A stretch of DNA of 64,000 nucleotides from Vicugna vicugna (Eukaryota): contig MU058636.1 of NCBI GenBank assembly GCA_013265495.1, positions 2,666,001 to 2,730,000 of the forward strand, in the 5' to 3' direction. This document shows, one piece after another, positions 13,520-26,895 of this stretch (within the stretch, counting starts at the first letter, position 1; each line of letters begins with the position of its first letter). The translations under genes were made by a program, and so were the position numbers. The notes beneath the pieces are model-generated. The model saw only the letters and a list, made by a program, of their open reading frames with translations. It was not told the DNA's origin and searched no databases.

Positions 13520-14400
13520 ACCAGCTTTATCTGCACTGAAGTGAACTTTCCTCACACCTCATTCAAGATCCTGTCAGATCAGGGCTCGTTAGTACATCTT
13601 GACTCATCAAGGACTTACCCGAGCAGCGTTCTCAAGCCAGTGACGGCTCATCAACCGTGATATTACCCCCGCTCCTGCTTCTCAACACTTCCCTTCTCTT
13701 GAAGTTGCCTTCGTCTGGTTAAGCCTTCATTGCTGCAAAACAATTGATGTACCCAGTACTATAAGCAATAGGTACTACTCAGCCAAGACCCTTACTTTGT
13801 CTTATCAGTTTGCTGAAAAAGCTTTGGATTACTTCCTTGCCTCCAGCTCTGCCCCGTTCTAATTTATCTTCCCCATTCCACAGCCATGGCCATCTTTCTG
13901 AAAGGTACGCATGACCATGTCATTCCATAGTGGAACCCTTCAGTGGCTTTTTGTGGCCTTCAGGATCAAGTCCAGACTCGTTCATGCTACCACGTCCAGA
14001 GTACACATACGTGCGGAGGACCTTGCAACCTCCGAGCATAGTGTTATTACCATTATCTGCAACCTTTCCAGAATAGCTTACATGGTTGTAGCACCTCAGC
14101 TGGGCTTTAAAGAATGAAACAGAATTCACCTGGCAGGAGGGAAACGGGACAGGCATCCCAGATAGTGAGAGCCACGTGTTTAAAGACAACAAAGCAAAGA
14201 AACATCATAGTGTATTCACAGCATGATGAATAGTCCAGTGTTGGACCTTGAGATGCAGACAAGAAGTGGCCTTCCTTGGTCTACTGAGGGGCTTGGATTT
14301 ACTTTATAGGAGGTGAGGGGTCATTAAAAGGCTGTCAACTGGGAAATGATTCATTTTGTATTTTAGAAAGAGGAGGACGTCAGAGAGATTGGAAAGGAGA
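13520..14400. mobile_element. L2 fragments
   Basis: Degenerate L2-like text (aacccttcagtggctttttgtggccttcaggatcaagtccagactc; gggcttggatttactttataggaggtgagggg...cattttgtattttagaaag). Confidence 0.5.
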
Positions 14401-14761
14401 AAGACGGTAACATGCGGTGAGTATCTCCTGTGCCTCGGGAACTCTGCTAGATGCTTCATCCAGGCTGTTTCTTTTAATTTGTACTAGAACCCATTTTACA
14501 GATGAGGAAATGTAGATTGAGAAAGACTCAGCCATTTCTCTGAGACTCTGTAGCTTATATGGGGCGAATCCACGTGCTTTTCACTAGGGCATCCAGCTCC
14601 AGGGACCAGGGCAGAGCCTCCACCACTGCCTGGGGCCCTGCAGCTGGGGTGTCCCGGGCTGTCCTCACCTCTGCTGCAGCCCCCTTACCCAAGGTCCACC
14701 CCCACCCAGCACTGTGCTGGCCCAGCCCTGGGCACGGGTGCCCGGCTGATGTGTCAGGCGT

Positions 14762-15341
14762 CTGTAGGAGTTTGCTGTTGCCGCCTAACAAGTCAGCACC
14801 GGCTTACGCACTGAAGACAGCGCCTGTTTAGCAGCTCACGTAGGGCAGAGCTGCTCTCAGCTCAGGGCCTCAAAGGCTGAGGTCCAGGTGTTGGGCTGAG
14901 TTCTCGTCTCCAGCTCTGGGGGAGAATCCACTTCCTAGCTCATTCAACTGTTGGCAGAATTGACTTCCCTGTGGTTTTAGGACTGAGGTCCCCGTTTTTT
15001 CCACTGTCAGTGGGAAACTGCCCGTGAACCAGAGGCTGTCCATGTTCCATGCTTCTGGCCCCTCCACCTCCGAGCTGGCCACAGGGTGTTGAATCCCCCT
15101 AGTCCTTTGAATCTCTGACTTGCTCTTGTGCCTCCAGCCGGAGAAAACATTGTGCTTGTAAAGGGCTCATGTGATTAGGTCAGGCTCACCCAGATAACTC
15201 CCTTTCCTAACGTCAAATGTGCCATATAGTGCAACCTCCTCACTGGAGTCAAATCCATCTTACTCACCTTCCCGGGGATTAGGTGGCAGGGTTACACTGG
15301 AGATTGGGGCTCTTGGGAGACACCCTAGTGTCCTGCTCACA
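14762..15341 (-). mobile_element. MaLR solo LTR (MLT1D/E-like)
   Basis: aaggctgaggtccaggtgttggg...ggggagaatccacttcctagctcattcaactgttggcagaatt...aggactgaggtcccc...gggctcatgtgattaggtcaggctcacccagataa, reverse MLT1 hallmarks. Confidence 0.8.
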
Positions 15342-15375
15342 AACACACCTTGATTACATTTATGTTTATAATTTG

Positions 15376-15605
15376 AGGGATAAACTAAGAGTGTGGGATT
15401 AGCAGATACAAACTAGTATATACAGAATAGATAAACAACGGTGACCTACTGTATAGCACAGGAAATTATATTTGATAGCTTGTAATAACCTATAATGAAA
15501 AAATATGAAAAAGAATATATATATATGTATAACTGAATCACTTTGCTGTATACCAGAAACTGACACAACATGATATATCAACTATACTTCAATAAAAATT
15601 AAAAA
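15376..15605 (+). mobile_element. Short 5'-truncated cetartiodactyl L1 3' end with TSD
   Basis: gattagcagatacaaacta...tatagcacagg...ctgaatcactttgctgtataccagaaact...ctatacttcaataaaaattaaaaa; TSD ataatttg at 15368-15375 and 15606-15613. Confidence 0.9.
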
Positions 15606-16914
15606 ATAATTTGCCATTCTTTAAAATAAAAATGTTCCTCCTTGTAATAACCCAGGGTTTTGCTCCTGTCTGCTGGCTAACTAACGCTTACCAGAAGTCT
15701 CTGCAGAGAGGGAGACCTTAGCAGATGTTGCATTTCATTACTATTTTAGGAAACAATTTATTCTACTTCTGCTTAACAGGCTGCAGGCTGGCTTGATCTT
15801 TCCTCCCTGTGCACACAGCCTTAGGTGCCTCCTTGTTTAGAGTGGAAAACAGAAGATTCCGGTCTCCATTCCCTGCGCCTACCTGGCCTAAAGCGACGGC
15901 CCCTTAGTTGAGGCAAAGGTCTGTCAGAATTCTGTGCCCTTCAGACACATGTTCTGACTAATGTCGGATCCAGATTTTGCTGCTGATTAAAATGCTTCTG
16001 CTTATCAACCTTAATTTGTGAATTTTAAGCTCTTGTTTTTTACTTACAAATATTTTTCAACTTTATGAATTTCTTTTTGACTACAACAGAAACAAAAAGT
16101 GTAAGAGAATTTAGGAGCTGGCTGTTGCTCAGTCTAGGGGGAGAAGGGGGCGGGAACACGTGCAGACGTGGGACGCCTGCCCGCTGGGGGTGCGGGTGAC
16201 CCGGGTGTTTGCTGGACCTGGTCTGCACCACACCCTTACCCAGCGTAAGACGTCGCCTTTGCTGGGGGAAGGGGCGGAAGGCACTTGAGGGAGCGGAGTT
16301 GCAGGAGAGCTGAAACTCACAAGGGCTGGGGCTTGGTATCAGAGATCCGTAAAATTCAGAAGCCGAGAGACTGTCCTGGCTTCACAGCCTTGGTCTTCCT
16401 GGGGAGGCAGCTGGCACCGTCCTGGAGGAACTGCCCTCAGGGAGGCGACTGACTGCTTGTCTCTCATGAAATTTAAAGGGGTTGCAAAGTTCCTTCACTA
16501 GTCTGTTTGTGATAGTTTGCAAAAACCAGTTTGAATGATGTTTGCCTGAGTGATTTCATGATGGGTTTTAAAGTATTGGCAATTTTATTTTGCATGGATG
16601 ATGGCTGAACACCGTGTAGTCATCATAGCTTTTAAAAAAGGAGCGGAAATAGGGCTTTTGATTTCTGAAATTTTTTATCGGGAAGGACTTTGAGGAAAAG
16701 GTTTGTGTTCATAAACTAAGGAAGAGCGAATGGTTTTCAGAGACCAGGAAAGGGGAGCCCACCGTTTATTTCGTGTTTACCGCATGTCGGATACTTCAGA
16801 CATGACTTTGTAGTCCCCGCGGCTCTTGCTCTTCCGATGTTAGAAACGAGGATGCAGGGGAAGAACAATGATTGCCTGTCCCAGGGCTGCCATGTTCTCA
16901 GCCTGGAGCTGCAC

Positions 16915-16928
16915 CCACCAGGGGGCTC
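16915..16928 (+). promoter_or_regulatory. Candidate CTCF site
   Basis: CCACCAGGGGGCTC, 13/14 match to the core CCACCAGGGGGCGC, in non-repeat sequence. Confidence 0.4.
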
Positions 16929-17877
16929 GGTGACCACGGCCGCCTTTCATCAGAGCCAGTGGCCAGGTGGGCACAGCCAAAGCAAAGCAGAGGAGGGCTC
17001 TCTTTGTTTTGTTTTGCTTCAAAGTCCAGAAATTATGGTGTTTTACAAACTGCTTATTTCCGTACATATCCTTAGGATTCTTCAAGGAATGACGTATTCT
17101 CCATTAAATCATGATGATTTAAACCACTGGAGGAGCATCAGCATCTTTCTGTTTTCTATTGGGGTTTCCCCCGTGCAACTTCAATTGAAAACAGGCGCTA
17201 TTTCTGTTATCAAGATACTTGTATTTGGACATTAGTACAGCTCCTGGGGGCTGAGGGTTTGGGACGAAGGCTGTCAGAATTAGAAAGAGCTCAGTCCATG
17301 TCCCCAGTTTCTGATCGAGACGGATCAGGGTAACATATATGGAGAGCAGAGGTGGTTCCACTGCTGAACAGACATCAGAACATTGTTGAATGTTGAAGAT
17401 ATTTTTGTACAGCCTTAGTTTATCTAAAGAAGTAACTGAAAGTTAGCTATGAAGAATTATTAAAGAAATAACTGTTAAAGAAGCAACTATAAAAATCCTG
17501 GCCTAGGCTTTTTTTTTCATTTGTTAAATTCATTTTAATTGTATTGGTCACACTTATTCATATTTGAAGGATATATATGTTGGGAATATATTCATTTTTT
17601 AGAAGACACATGTTTCAATTTGCACATGAAGCCACGTGACAATGCAGCTCTATTTCCACAGCCTTGTGGAGTCTCAAAACCAAAGCATGGACCCACTGCC
17701 CTTGATTCAACTATCTAAAATAACACTTTTCCTCAGTTATTTTATAAACTTCAGTGGGTCACTGTTCCCTACTGCATTGTCTGAGCTGGGATTTTAGGTG
17801 TTACCCGTCTCATTTTCCACTAAGATAAGTAGGGACTGTCTTTTGACTAAATCTTTCAGTCTGTCCTTCAGCTAGAG

Positions 17878-18111
17878 TAGCGGTTTTCCCTGGAGGGGGC
17901 TTTTGCCCCGAGAGGGCATCTGACAATAACTGGAGGTGTTTCTTGATTGTCACAGCAGTGGAATTGGGGGTAGACAGGGAGAGGGTGTGCTGCTGGCATC
18001 CACTGAGTAGAGGCTGGGGATACGGCTGAGCACTCCGCAGTGCACAGGGCGTCCTCCATGGCAAAGACCCGTCTGGCCCAAGGTGTGGACAGTGCCCTGT
18101 TGGAAAACTCT
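17878..18111 (+). mobile_element. MER20 (hAT-Charlie non-autonomous DNA transposon)
   Basis: gggggcttttgccccgagagggcatctgacaa...ttgtcaca...tgctgctggcatccactgagtagaggctggggat...tgcacaggg...tctggcccaaggtgtggacagtgcc...ttggaaaactctg follows the MER20 layout. Confidence 0.8.
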
Positions 18112-18351
18112 GGACCAAAGGGAGAGAGTAGTGCAGTTGTCACTGAGAAACAAAACCAGCGCTATGTTGAAAGAGAGAAAAAAAAAGGAAGATGACTACC
18201 TTCTTGGACCTCGGAAGAAGAGAGGGGGTTTTCTAGATCCCAGGAGCAGAGAGAAAATTCTTAGAGTTCAAGTGGTGAATATTATTTGGATTTACAAGTT
18301 GAAAAACCTCCTTAAAGCCAGTACGCTTTTCATTTTTTTGAGACTGTTCAG

Positions 18352-18692
18352 TTATGATATCACTCATATGCGGAATCTAAAAAAAAAAAAAGAAGGGAAA
18401 AAAGGACACTAGAAACTCATCTACAAAACAGAAACAGACTCACAGACATAGTAAACAATCTTATGGTTACCGGGGAATGAGGGTAGGAAGTGATAGATTT
18501 GGAAGTTTGAGATTTGCAAATGATGGCCACTATATATAAAAATAGATTTTAAAAAAAACTAGTTCCTTCTGTATAGCACAGGGAACTATATTCAGTATCT
18601 TATAATAACCTTTAATGAAAAAAATATGAAAACGAATATATGTATGTATATGCATGACTGGGACATTGTGCTGTACACAAGAAACTGACACA
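18352..18692 (+). mobile_element. Young camelid-type L1 3' UTR fragment without terminal poly(A)
   Basis: tatgatatcactcatatgcggaatctaaaaaa...acaaaacagaaacagactcacagacatag...tatagcacagggaactatattcagtatc...gctgtacacaagaaactgacaca, then unrelated sequence. Confidence 0.88.
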
Positions 18693-20349
18693 GTTTCTTC
18701 TCTCTTAAAGGTTTTATGTTCTCCAGAAGCTACTAAGCAGAAAGGGTTTTTTTAAGAGTGCAAGAAATCCCAGCTAGATGGCACAATTCTGACTCCTTCT
18801 AGCACCTTCTGCAGGGTTTATAAACACATAGGAAAGAAGGTTGAGGCTCAATTGCAGTGATACCCTTTTCAACATTTGACTTGGTTTCTTGGGACTTAGA
18901 CTTGGTTTGCTGCCAAAATGTGGCTCACTGAAGCAGCGTTTGACATAGAATAGCCCGTGAGCTCCCCGGATGCCTCAAAACAACTAATTAAACAGACCTG
19001 TAACACAAAAAGGAGACTAGAATAGAACACAAAATCCAAGCCAGGGGAATGGAACACCAGAAGTTCCTTCTTGGTCTCTTAATAAAAGCTGGTAGATAAG
19101 CCCTTGATCGTTTCTGTAATTCCTTATACCATGTTAATAACCTCAGCAGAATTTAAATTGGGTTCAGATCAGATGCTCTTATCTTTTAACAACTCCCATA
19201 TTAAGCATATAATTAAAATGCTCCAGTTTAAATATTTTCCCCAAGGTATTTACTGAAAGATTCACACGGTGATGAACCAGTGTATTCATGGATGAAGGCT
19301 CAAGCTTTTAAGTACTTCGGATAGAGAAAAGGATTTATTACAGCTGGCCTGATTGATATAAAATGGGAGTGGTAAGAACTTGCTTTTAATTACTCAGACG
19401 TCTCATGAAATATCATATTAGCCCTTAGTCTTTTAAGTCACTAACCTGCATCAATATTTGACCATGTTCTCTCCTTTGGGAATGTGACTTGGTAAATATT
19501 AAAGAGAATTTCTCAAACCAAAAGGAATCTTTAAGTCATTTATGTGCTGAGAGTTTAATTGTCCTGGGCTGGGGGATGCTGGCTTTTATCCTCCGTGATT
19601 ACTTCTATCATTTTAAGAAAAATGGTACGATCACCCCTGGCCTTTGCTTTCTTTGTTAATCAGCTTGGTCTTTATTAGACTAGTTATATTACCCAGAGGG
19701 GGATTGAGAGAAGGTGTCATGGAGAAGGTGGCATTTAACCAGGCTGTGAAGGTCTGGAAGGCTTGCCCACGTCACAGGATGTCACCCCTCTCAGATGGGA
19801 GAGGAGGCATCATTCCTGCAGGCCTGCTCTCCCTTTAACATTTGTGTCCCTGGACCATGAGTCTCATTTTACCAGTTCAGCCGCACCCATATGCAGACAG
19901 AAGGAAGAAGACCCTCTTTGCTGTATATTAGAATGGACCCCAGGAGGAGATGAGAAAGCTTTTCTGGAGCACCTGGGTGGGGAGGAGGGGATAGAGAGTC
20001 GGGGGACAAAGGTGTGTGTTTTTTTTTCCTTCTCTGTGATGGTTTAGTTGTGATCATTATCAAAAGAAGGAGACCTTGAGAAAGTGTGCGCAGCCCTGGG
20101 GCACTGTGAAAACTGTGCCTTGAAGCAGCGGGAACTTACAGAGATGACTGTCAGCGTCAGCACCTGCTACTTGCAGAAATCATCTGCTTCCGTTATTGAC
20201 CTGGCGGAGGTAGGGACGTCTTGAGAGTATTTGCACGGAACAGGATTTCATAAAATGAGGTGCCATTAGGAGTCGTGTGGGACAGATGGGTCCTTGAAGA
20301 AATGACATCTGATGAAAGAGAGCTGCTTCTGCTGATCCTGTGTGCGTAT

Positions 20350-20560
20350 GGTGATGACAGCTAACGTTTATTGCGTACCACGCACTTTGCAAATTCTTCA
20401 TGAGCATTTTCTCATTTAATTCTCAGATTAACCTAATGACAGAGGGTAATAAATAAGCCACTTCATAAAAGAGGCTGCATTAATTAACTTTTTAAAGAGA
20501 ATATTACTAGTAAGTTTCAAATCTGGTATTGAATTTGGGCAGAACCTGTGGTGTCCATGG
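20350..20560 (-). mobile_element. MIR
   Basis: agctaacgtttattgcgtaccac...tctcatttaattctca... reverse MIR core. Confidence 0.55.
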
Positions 20561-21129
20561 CTCTATTCCATGATACTCTTATTATTTTTACTCTTAAGAC
20601 CTTGCTGTCAAAGCCCAGCCAGGAGAGCTCAGGAGGGAGGCCCTGCAGCAGGAATCCAGAAAGTTCCTGTGGACCTAGAGGAGTCCCCTTGAACCCAGCA
20701 CCTGACCTATGGAAGTGCATCCTGCCGCCTGGCTAGGATGCTGAGTGTAGATGATGTCCTCTGGTCCAGGGCTGGAGTCATTCATTGGACTCCTGGAGCA
20801 CTGTGTTAAGGAGGACTCTCAGGCCAGCCCTGGATTAGCGAGAAGTTAGCATTTGCTGTAGGTGAAGTGGGAGCAGTGAAATACATGCTGTGTGTTTCTC
20901 TGTCTTTAGTTAGGACTCAGGCTACTGGGGAGAAAGGGACAGAGAAAGAACCAGGGTTCTTTGGAGTTGCCTCTTCAGAGCCAGACTCCCGAGAGTGATC
21001 CCAGTTATTGCCTTGGGGGCATGTGAAGCCAGGAGAGACTGGTGATCAGAAGGAAAGAGAAGGGTGACTAGGCAGATCGGGCTGATGGGCTTTGAACAAG
21101 GCTCCGTGTTGGGTTAGTGGGCAGAATAT

Positions 21130-21350
21130 CAGTGTTACATTTACAGAGGGCATATATGTGCTGGATGCTATTCTGAGCACTTTATTCTATATATGTAACA
21201 ACTCTTTTAATAGAGCTCTAATTAGCAGATACTACTGTTATCCCCTTTTTAAAGATGAGGAATTGAGGCACAGAGAGAGGAAATAGCTTGTCCAAGGTCA
21301 GAAACTAGTAAGAGGTGGTGCCAGGATTTGAACCCAGGAAGTCTTAACCA
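21130..21350 (-). mobile_element. MIR
   Basis: gatgaggaattgaggcacagagagaggaaatagcttgtccaaggtcagaaactagtaagaggtggtgccaggatttgaacccagg, classic reverse MIR core. Confidence 0.8.
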
Positions 21351-22295
21351 CTATTATCTTCGCAAACTTTATCAAACCCAGTGATGGATGCTTAAGACGA
21401 GATGAAATCAAAACCTGAAATGATATAGAGGAAAAGTATTATGTAAATAAATGGTACGCTGTCTTGGGGCAAGGAGGAGTGGTGCTTGGGCAGAAAGACC
21501 CCCAAACCATTACATTCTGATGTTTATTTTTCTGTGTATTGTTTTCAAAAGTGAACACCACTGCGCTACACCACAGACAGTACCCGTGTTATAGACCACT
21601 AATGCCCCACCTCGGCCATACTCACTGTGACTGCATTCCCGGGAGCTGTTGGGGAAAGTGTGAAGCTTTTAGAGCATCTCTGGGCTCAGAAATTGAGACG
21701 AGAATTGACTATGAAAGGAAGCACTGTTCCCAGGGGACGGATTTGCCCTTGCTACATTTTTTTTTCATTACAGCAAATATTTCTCAAGCCCAGCCTTGCC
21801 TGTGGCTGGACAGGAAGTCGCGGGTGGAATCCCGCCTGCCTGGAGTGCATCCTGGGCTTGATGTGGTGGCAGGAATTGAGGGGGAAAAATACGTTGGGAC
21901 CAGATAACAGAAGAATTTGGATGTCAGAAAGGAGAGTGTGGAGTATATCGGGAAGACCACGTTGAGCCACTTGTGCCTTAGGAAGCGCAGGGGGGCACCA
22001 TGAGGAGGAGGATGCACTGAATGACGGAGGGGGCGGGTAGAGCAGGGCCTCTGCCATGGTCTCCCCAGCAGGTGCTGCCTGGGGACCCGCCACAGGGGCA
22101 GAGAAAGGATTTAAATTTGAAGTCTGCAGCGGAAACAGAAGCACACTGACCTGCATTGGTTGATAGAAGGGAAAGAGAGAGTCTGGAGGATTCTGACATT
22201 TTAATTCCAAGTTCCTAGAACAATCATGGTCATTAATAATCAAGAATAAAGGAGGTGGAGTCGGGCAGTGTGCAGCTGAGAGAAGTGTTTACTTT

Positions 22296-22420
22296 TTCTT
22301 TTTCAGTTGAAGTGTAGTCTGTTACAATGTGTCAGTTTCTGGTGTACAGCATAATGGTTCAGTCATACATACACTTACATATATTCGTTTTCATACTCTT
22401 TTTCATTATAGGTTACTACA
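22296..22420 (-). mobile_element. Very short young L1 3' end with TSD
   Basis: ttgaagtgtagtctgttacaatgtgtcagtttctggtgtacagc...cattataggttactaca; TSD tgtttacttt at 22286-22295 and 22423-22432. Confidence 0.88.
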
Positions 22421-23634
22421 AATGTTTACTTTCAACATTACCTCTTCCCTAGGCACTCCACTTAAAGCGGGGGACCCTCCTTCACCCCTGAGTTTTTCCT
22501 TTAGTTCCAACCCTGTGTTTCTTTCATAACTGATAGCAGCTTGTGATGATTTTATTTGTCTGTATCTGTGGTCTGTGTGTCCCCCACACTGAGATGTAAG
22601 TGGTACAAAGAGAGGACCCTTTCTGTCGTGCGCCTCCTGCCCAGGACAGAGCCTGCTCTACTTCATTTTGACAAAGAAATAACTTTGCCCATAGTAGTAA
22701 GATAGCAGGTTTTTACTTTAGCTCTTCAGTGGGAAAGAAAGCACATACCTGGGTTAAAATATGCAGAAGGTGGGAAATGGAATATTCAGTTGGTACTTTA
22801 ATAATTAAACTAGATTTTGCTGCCAAGTGATAAATGCTGCTAAATCAATGAAATATGCATCAATTAGGCAATCATGCAGCCAAAATATGACACAACTTGA
22901 TTGCCTGGGACTGTTAAAAAAAATCAGTGAGGAGAATAGTTTAATCATTATAATATAGATAAATTATCAGAATCAGTAAAACACGTTTCTTTGACTTTGG
23001 CCATGATGCCCTCATAATGTTAATAACTGTTTTGCTTTTCTTATGCAGTCTTCCCCTGAAAAAACTCGTTCTGGTCTGGTTTGTGTTCGTCCCTCTTTGC
23101 CACTGTCATGGTCAGAATTATCCTTCTGAGCAGGCTGGGTAGACACCACTCACTCCTTTGGAAGAGGGGATCAGAAATCCTATAAATCTACACTTCCTCC
23201 TCCCAGTGCCTGAAATCCCCCGAGGGACTTTCATTCCTTTGGTGCAGCCTTTTCTGGCCTGTGTTGGCACATGTCCTCCTCTGTGGTGTAGGACCGGAGC
23301 CGCTGAGACCACACCGCACTTGGTGGGCCTCCATGAGACGGGGAGGGGGGTAGCCGTGCCTTGAGTGTCATCCTCCTCACGTGGGAGCTCGGTCGTTCTG
23401 CAGCCGTGAATGGGATGCAGGAGTGGGTCTGAGGAGTGTTCTTTTTTGTATTATGCAAGAGTCTGCCGTCAGGAGACAGAACCACCTTGGGACAGATGGG
23501 TTGGGACCTGCTTTAGCCACCACGCAGGCTCCTGGGACGGGGAGTAGGAATGGTAACAGGGGAGAGGGGAGAGCCGAATCACAAGAGGAACTTGTTCCAA
23601 CCAGAGGAGCCAGGAAGGAAAACTTACGTGTGAG

Positions 23635-24218
23635 GTGTTTTTATTGATTGATTTTGTATATAATTCAAATACCATAAAACTCACCCTTGTATACAGTCAG
23701 GTAGTTGTTAGTGTAGTCACAAGGTTATGCGCCATCACTCCTGTCTAATTTCAGAGCATTTTCTTTACCCAAGAAAGGAGCCCCTCCTCGATTAGCACTC
23801 ACTCTCCCTCCCCCTCCTCCAGCCTCTGATGGCCTCTAATCTACTGTTGCCTCAATGGCTTTGTCCATTTTGCACAGTTCATATAAATGGAATCATACAG
23901 TGTCTGGTCTTTTGTACCTGCCTTCTTTCACTGAGCATAATGTTTTCACGATTCATGTATAGGGTAGCTTCTATCAATAATTCACTCCTTCTATGGCTGA
24001 ACAATATTCTGCTGTCTGGGTAAGCCACATTTTATGTACCATTTGTCAGTTGGTGGACATTTGGGTTGTTCCCACTTCTTTGACTATTATGCATAATGCT
24101 ACTAGGGACATTTGCGTACAGGTTTTTGTGGGGGCGTATGTTTTCAGGTCCCGGGCATATATGTAACAGTAGAGCTGCTGGGTCCTATGATAACTCTGCG
24201 CTTAACACTTTGAGGAAC
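23635..24218 (-). mobile_element. Old L1 3' end (L1MB-like)
   Basis: cataaaactcaccc...catataaatggaatcatacagtgtctggtcttttgtacctgccttctttcactgagcataatgttttc...ggacatttgggttgttcccac. Confidence 0.82.
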
Positions 24219-24479
24219 GTATCGGAAGTCGTAGTGTTTCACGTTTCTTAAGCTTGGTTGTTTGTTATTATTCTCACTTTTCCTTTGTCTGAAGTAGTGC
24301 ATCATTTTCGTGAAAGACCATCATACTGTCACTCTTCATTTTAGCCTTTTATCCTGCAGGTACCACCAGGTTTACTCTGGTCCTTTTCTGCTATTAATCT
24401 GTGAATACTTTCCAAGTCCCTGTGGAAAGCTGGTTTGCTGTATTGAGCAGCTGCTGGGCTTAAAACTAACCTGTAACTG

Positions 24480-24710
24480 TTGCTAATGTAACACGTGAGA
24501 GCCTACCACACAGCGGGCACCACTCTAAGTGAACTTGCATTGCCCTTTTAAACATTCACTTGTATTAGCTCTTTTAATTCTCACAGCACCTCGGTGGATT
24601 CAGTTAGCATCATCCCCACTTATAAATGAAGAAACCGAAGTGCAGAGAGGTGGCAGGTGGAGGAGGGGGTATCCACACCCTGGTCATCTTGCCCCCGAGT
24701 CTGCACCGTT
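24480..24710 (-). mobile_element. MIR
   Basis: ttttaattctcacagcacc...catccccacttataaatgaagaaaccgaagtgcagagagg. Confidence 0.65.
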
Positions 24711-25642
24711 TATCACCTGCATCGTAAGGGCCACAGTAGCTGCTGGTTGGTTGGGAATGAGACGACTGAATTAGATGCGTGGACCACTCCCACTGGCTGG
24801 ATCCTCCAGAACATTTTTCTGGCTCGTGGTTTATTTCCAGTTGTTTTCTCTTCTCATCATGCAATGCTTTGATGTTGTAGGCATTGTTGTAATGTACCAG
24901 AGCAGTTACAGAACTCCACAGCCATTTCCAAGTTCAGAGTACTTCTCCTTCACTGAATAATGTGTCTTTTAAGTCCCGGCCAACATATGATGGTTTTCAA
25001 AGAGGGGTCCTGTTTACTGCCAGCTGTCTCCCACAAGAATGGATAAGAATAGCATTTAATTTTGTTTTATTTCATTTTACTTTATTTTGGTTTTTTTTAG
25101 TCGTTCAAGACTTCCTTCAGCAGGGAGTACATAGCTTCCTTGACACTTCATACTTCAAACAGATGAATTACTCCCCAGCCTGGAAAGCAGCCACATCTCT
25201 AAATGGACGTGTTCACTGAATTATAAATTTCGTGTAAGAGAATAATGCCAGGTACAAGAGGATTCGATAACAAGGCATTTGAACTCTACAAATGATACAA
25301 AATATTCCCCTTCCTCAGGATCTTTAATAACTTGTTCAGTGAAAGTCTCTGTGTGAAAGAGTTGATGTTCATTTCAGCTTCCACACTACACGTGTCAGTG
25401 AATAGATTTTGCAGGCAGTCTGTCGGCAGTCGGCTGGACGATAGATAATTCCACGTGAAATGTCGCTGGTGATCTAGCCTCCCCCCCACCCCCCATCTGA
25501 AATGTTCTACGACCTCCAGAGAGTCTCTTGAGTCCCGGGATGGGACAGTGAACCTGCTCTATGTTCAGAAGCGAAGACTCACTGTCCTGCAGGTGCCTGG
25601 TGTCCCTGATGAGGTTTTGCTCAAACGTGTGCTGACTTGATG

Positions 25643-26895
25643 TTTTTATTGCGGTAACATTGGTCTATAACATTGTAACGTTCGTGTGTACTGGATTGTA
25701 TTTCCTCTTCTGTTTACCCTACGGCATGCTCACCACCCCAAGTTTATTTTTCATCTGTACCATGCAGTTGACCCCCTTTATCCTTTTCACCCTCCCCCAC
25801 CCTGAGCCCCTTCCCCTCTGGGAACCACTGCTCTATTCTCTGTATCTACGTGTTTGTTTTTGTTTGGCTTGGTTTTGTTTTGTTTTTTTGGTTTTGAGGG
25901 TTTTTGTTTTTTTTCATATTCCACATGTGAGTGAAATCATACAGTGTTTGTCTTTCTCTGTCTGACTGATTTCATTTAGCATCATCCCCTTGAGGTACAT
26001 CCATGTTGCCTCAAATGGCCAGATTTTACCTTTTCTGTGGCTGAGTAGAATTCCATTATGTGTATGTATCACGTCTTTATCCATTCATCCACTGATGGGT
26101 ACTTAGGTTATTTTCATATCTTGGCTACTGTGAATAACGTTGAGGTGAACATGGGCGTGCAGGTATCTTTTCAGATTAGGGTTTTTGCCTTTTTTGGACA
26201 AATAAGCAGAAGTGGAGTTGCTGGATCATATGGTAGTTGTATTATCAATTTTGGGGGGACTCTTCATACCACCTTCCATGGTGGCTGCATCAATTTACGT
26301 TCCCACCAACAGTGTATGAGGACTCCCTTTTCTCCACATCCTCGCCAACACTTACTTCTTGTCTCATTGAGAATAGCCATTCTCACAGTTGTGAGGTGAT
26401 AGCTCATGGTTTTTGACTTGCATTTCCCTAATAATTTAGTGACGAACATCTTTTCATGTGTCTGTTGGCCATCTGTATGTCTTCTTTGGGAAAATGTCTA
26501 TTCAGTGCCTCTGCCCATTTTTGATAGATTTGTTTTCATTGTTGGGTTGTGTGAGTTCCTGACACATTTCGGATATTAACGCCTTGTTGGACGTACCATT
26601 TGGAATCTCTTCTCCCACTTGGTAGGTCGTCTTTTTGTTTTATGGGTGGTTTCCTTTCCTGTGCAGAAGCTTTTTAGTTTGATGTAGTCCCATTTGTTTA
26701 TTTTTGCGTTTATTTCCTCTGCCTGAAGAGACTTGTCTAGAAAGATACTGCCAAGACCAATGTCAAAGAGAACACTGCTTGTGTTTTCTTCTAGAAGTTT
26801 TATGGTTTCAGGTCTTACGTTCAAGTCTTTAAACCATTTTGAGTTAATTTTTGTGGAAGGTGTGAGATAGTGCTGTAGTTTTTTCTTTTCTTTTC
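25643..26895 (-). mobile_element. 5'-truncated L1 (L1MA/laurasiatherian-type), 3' UTR plus ORF2 C-terminus
   Basis: Minus-strand peptides [30 protein letters not shown]...[19 protein letters not shown] and [11 protein letters not shown]...[18 protein letters not shown] are L1 ORF2 C-terminal motifs. Confidence 0.92.

Noticed and set aside
21539..22243. Cluster of 110-160 aa overlapping ORFs
   Set aside because: No recognisable homology and no splice-consistent exon; ORFs occur on both strands, as expected by chance in moderately GC-rich intron.
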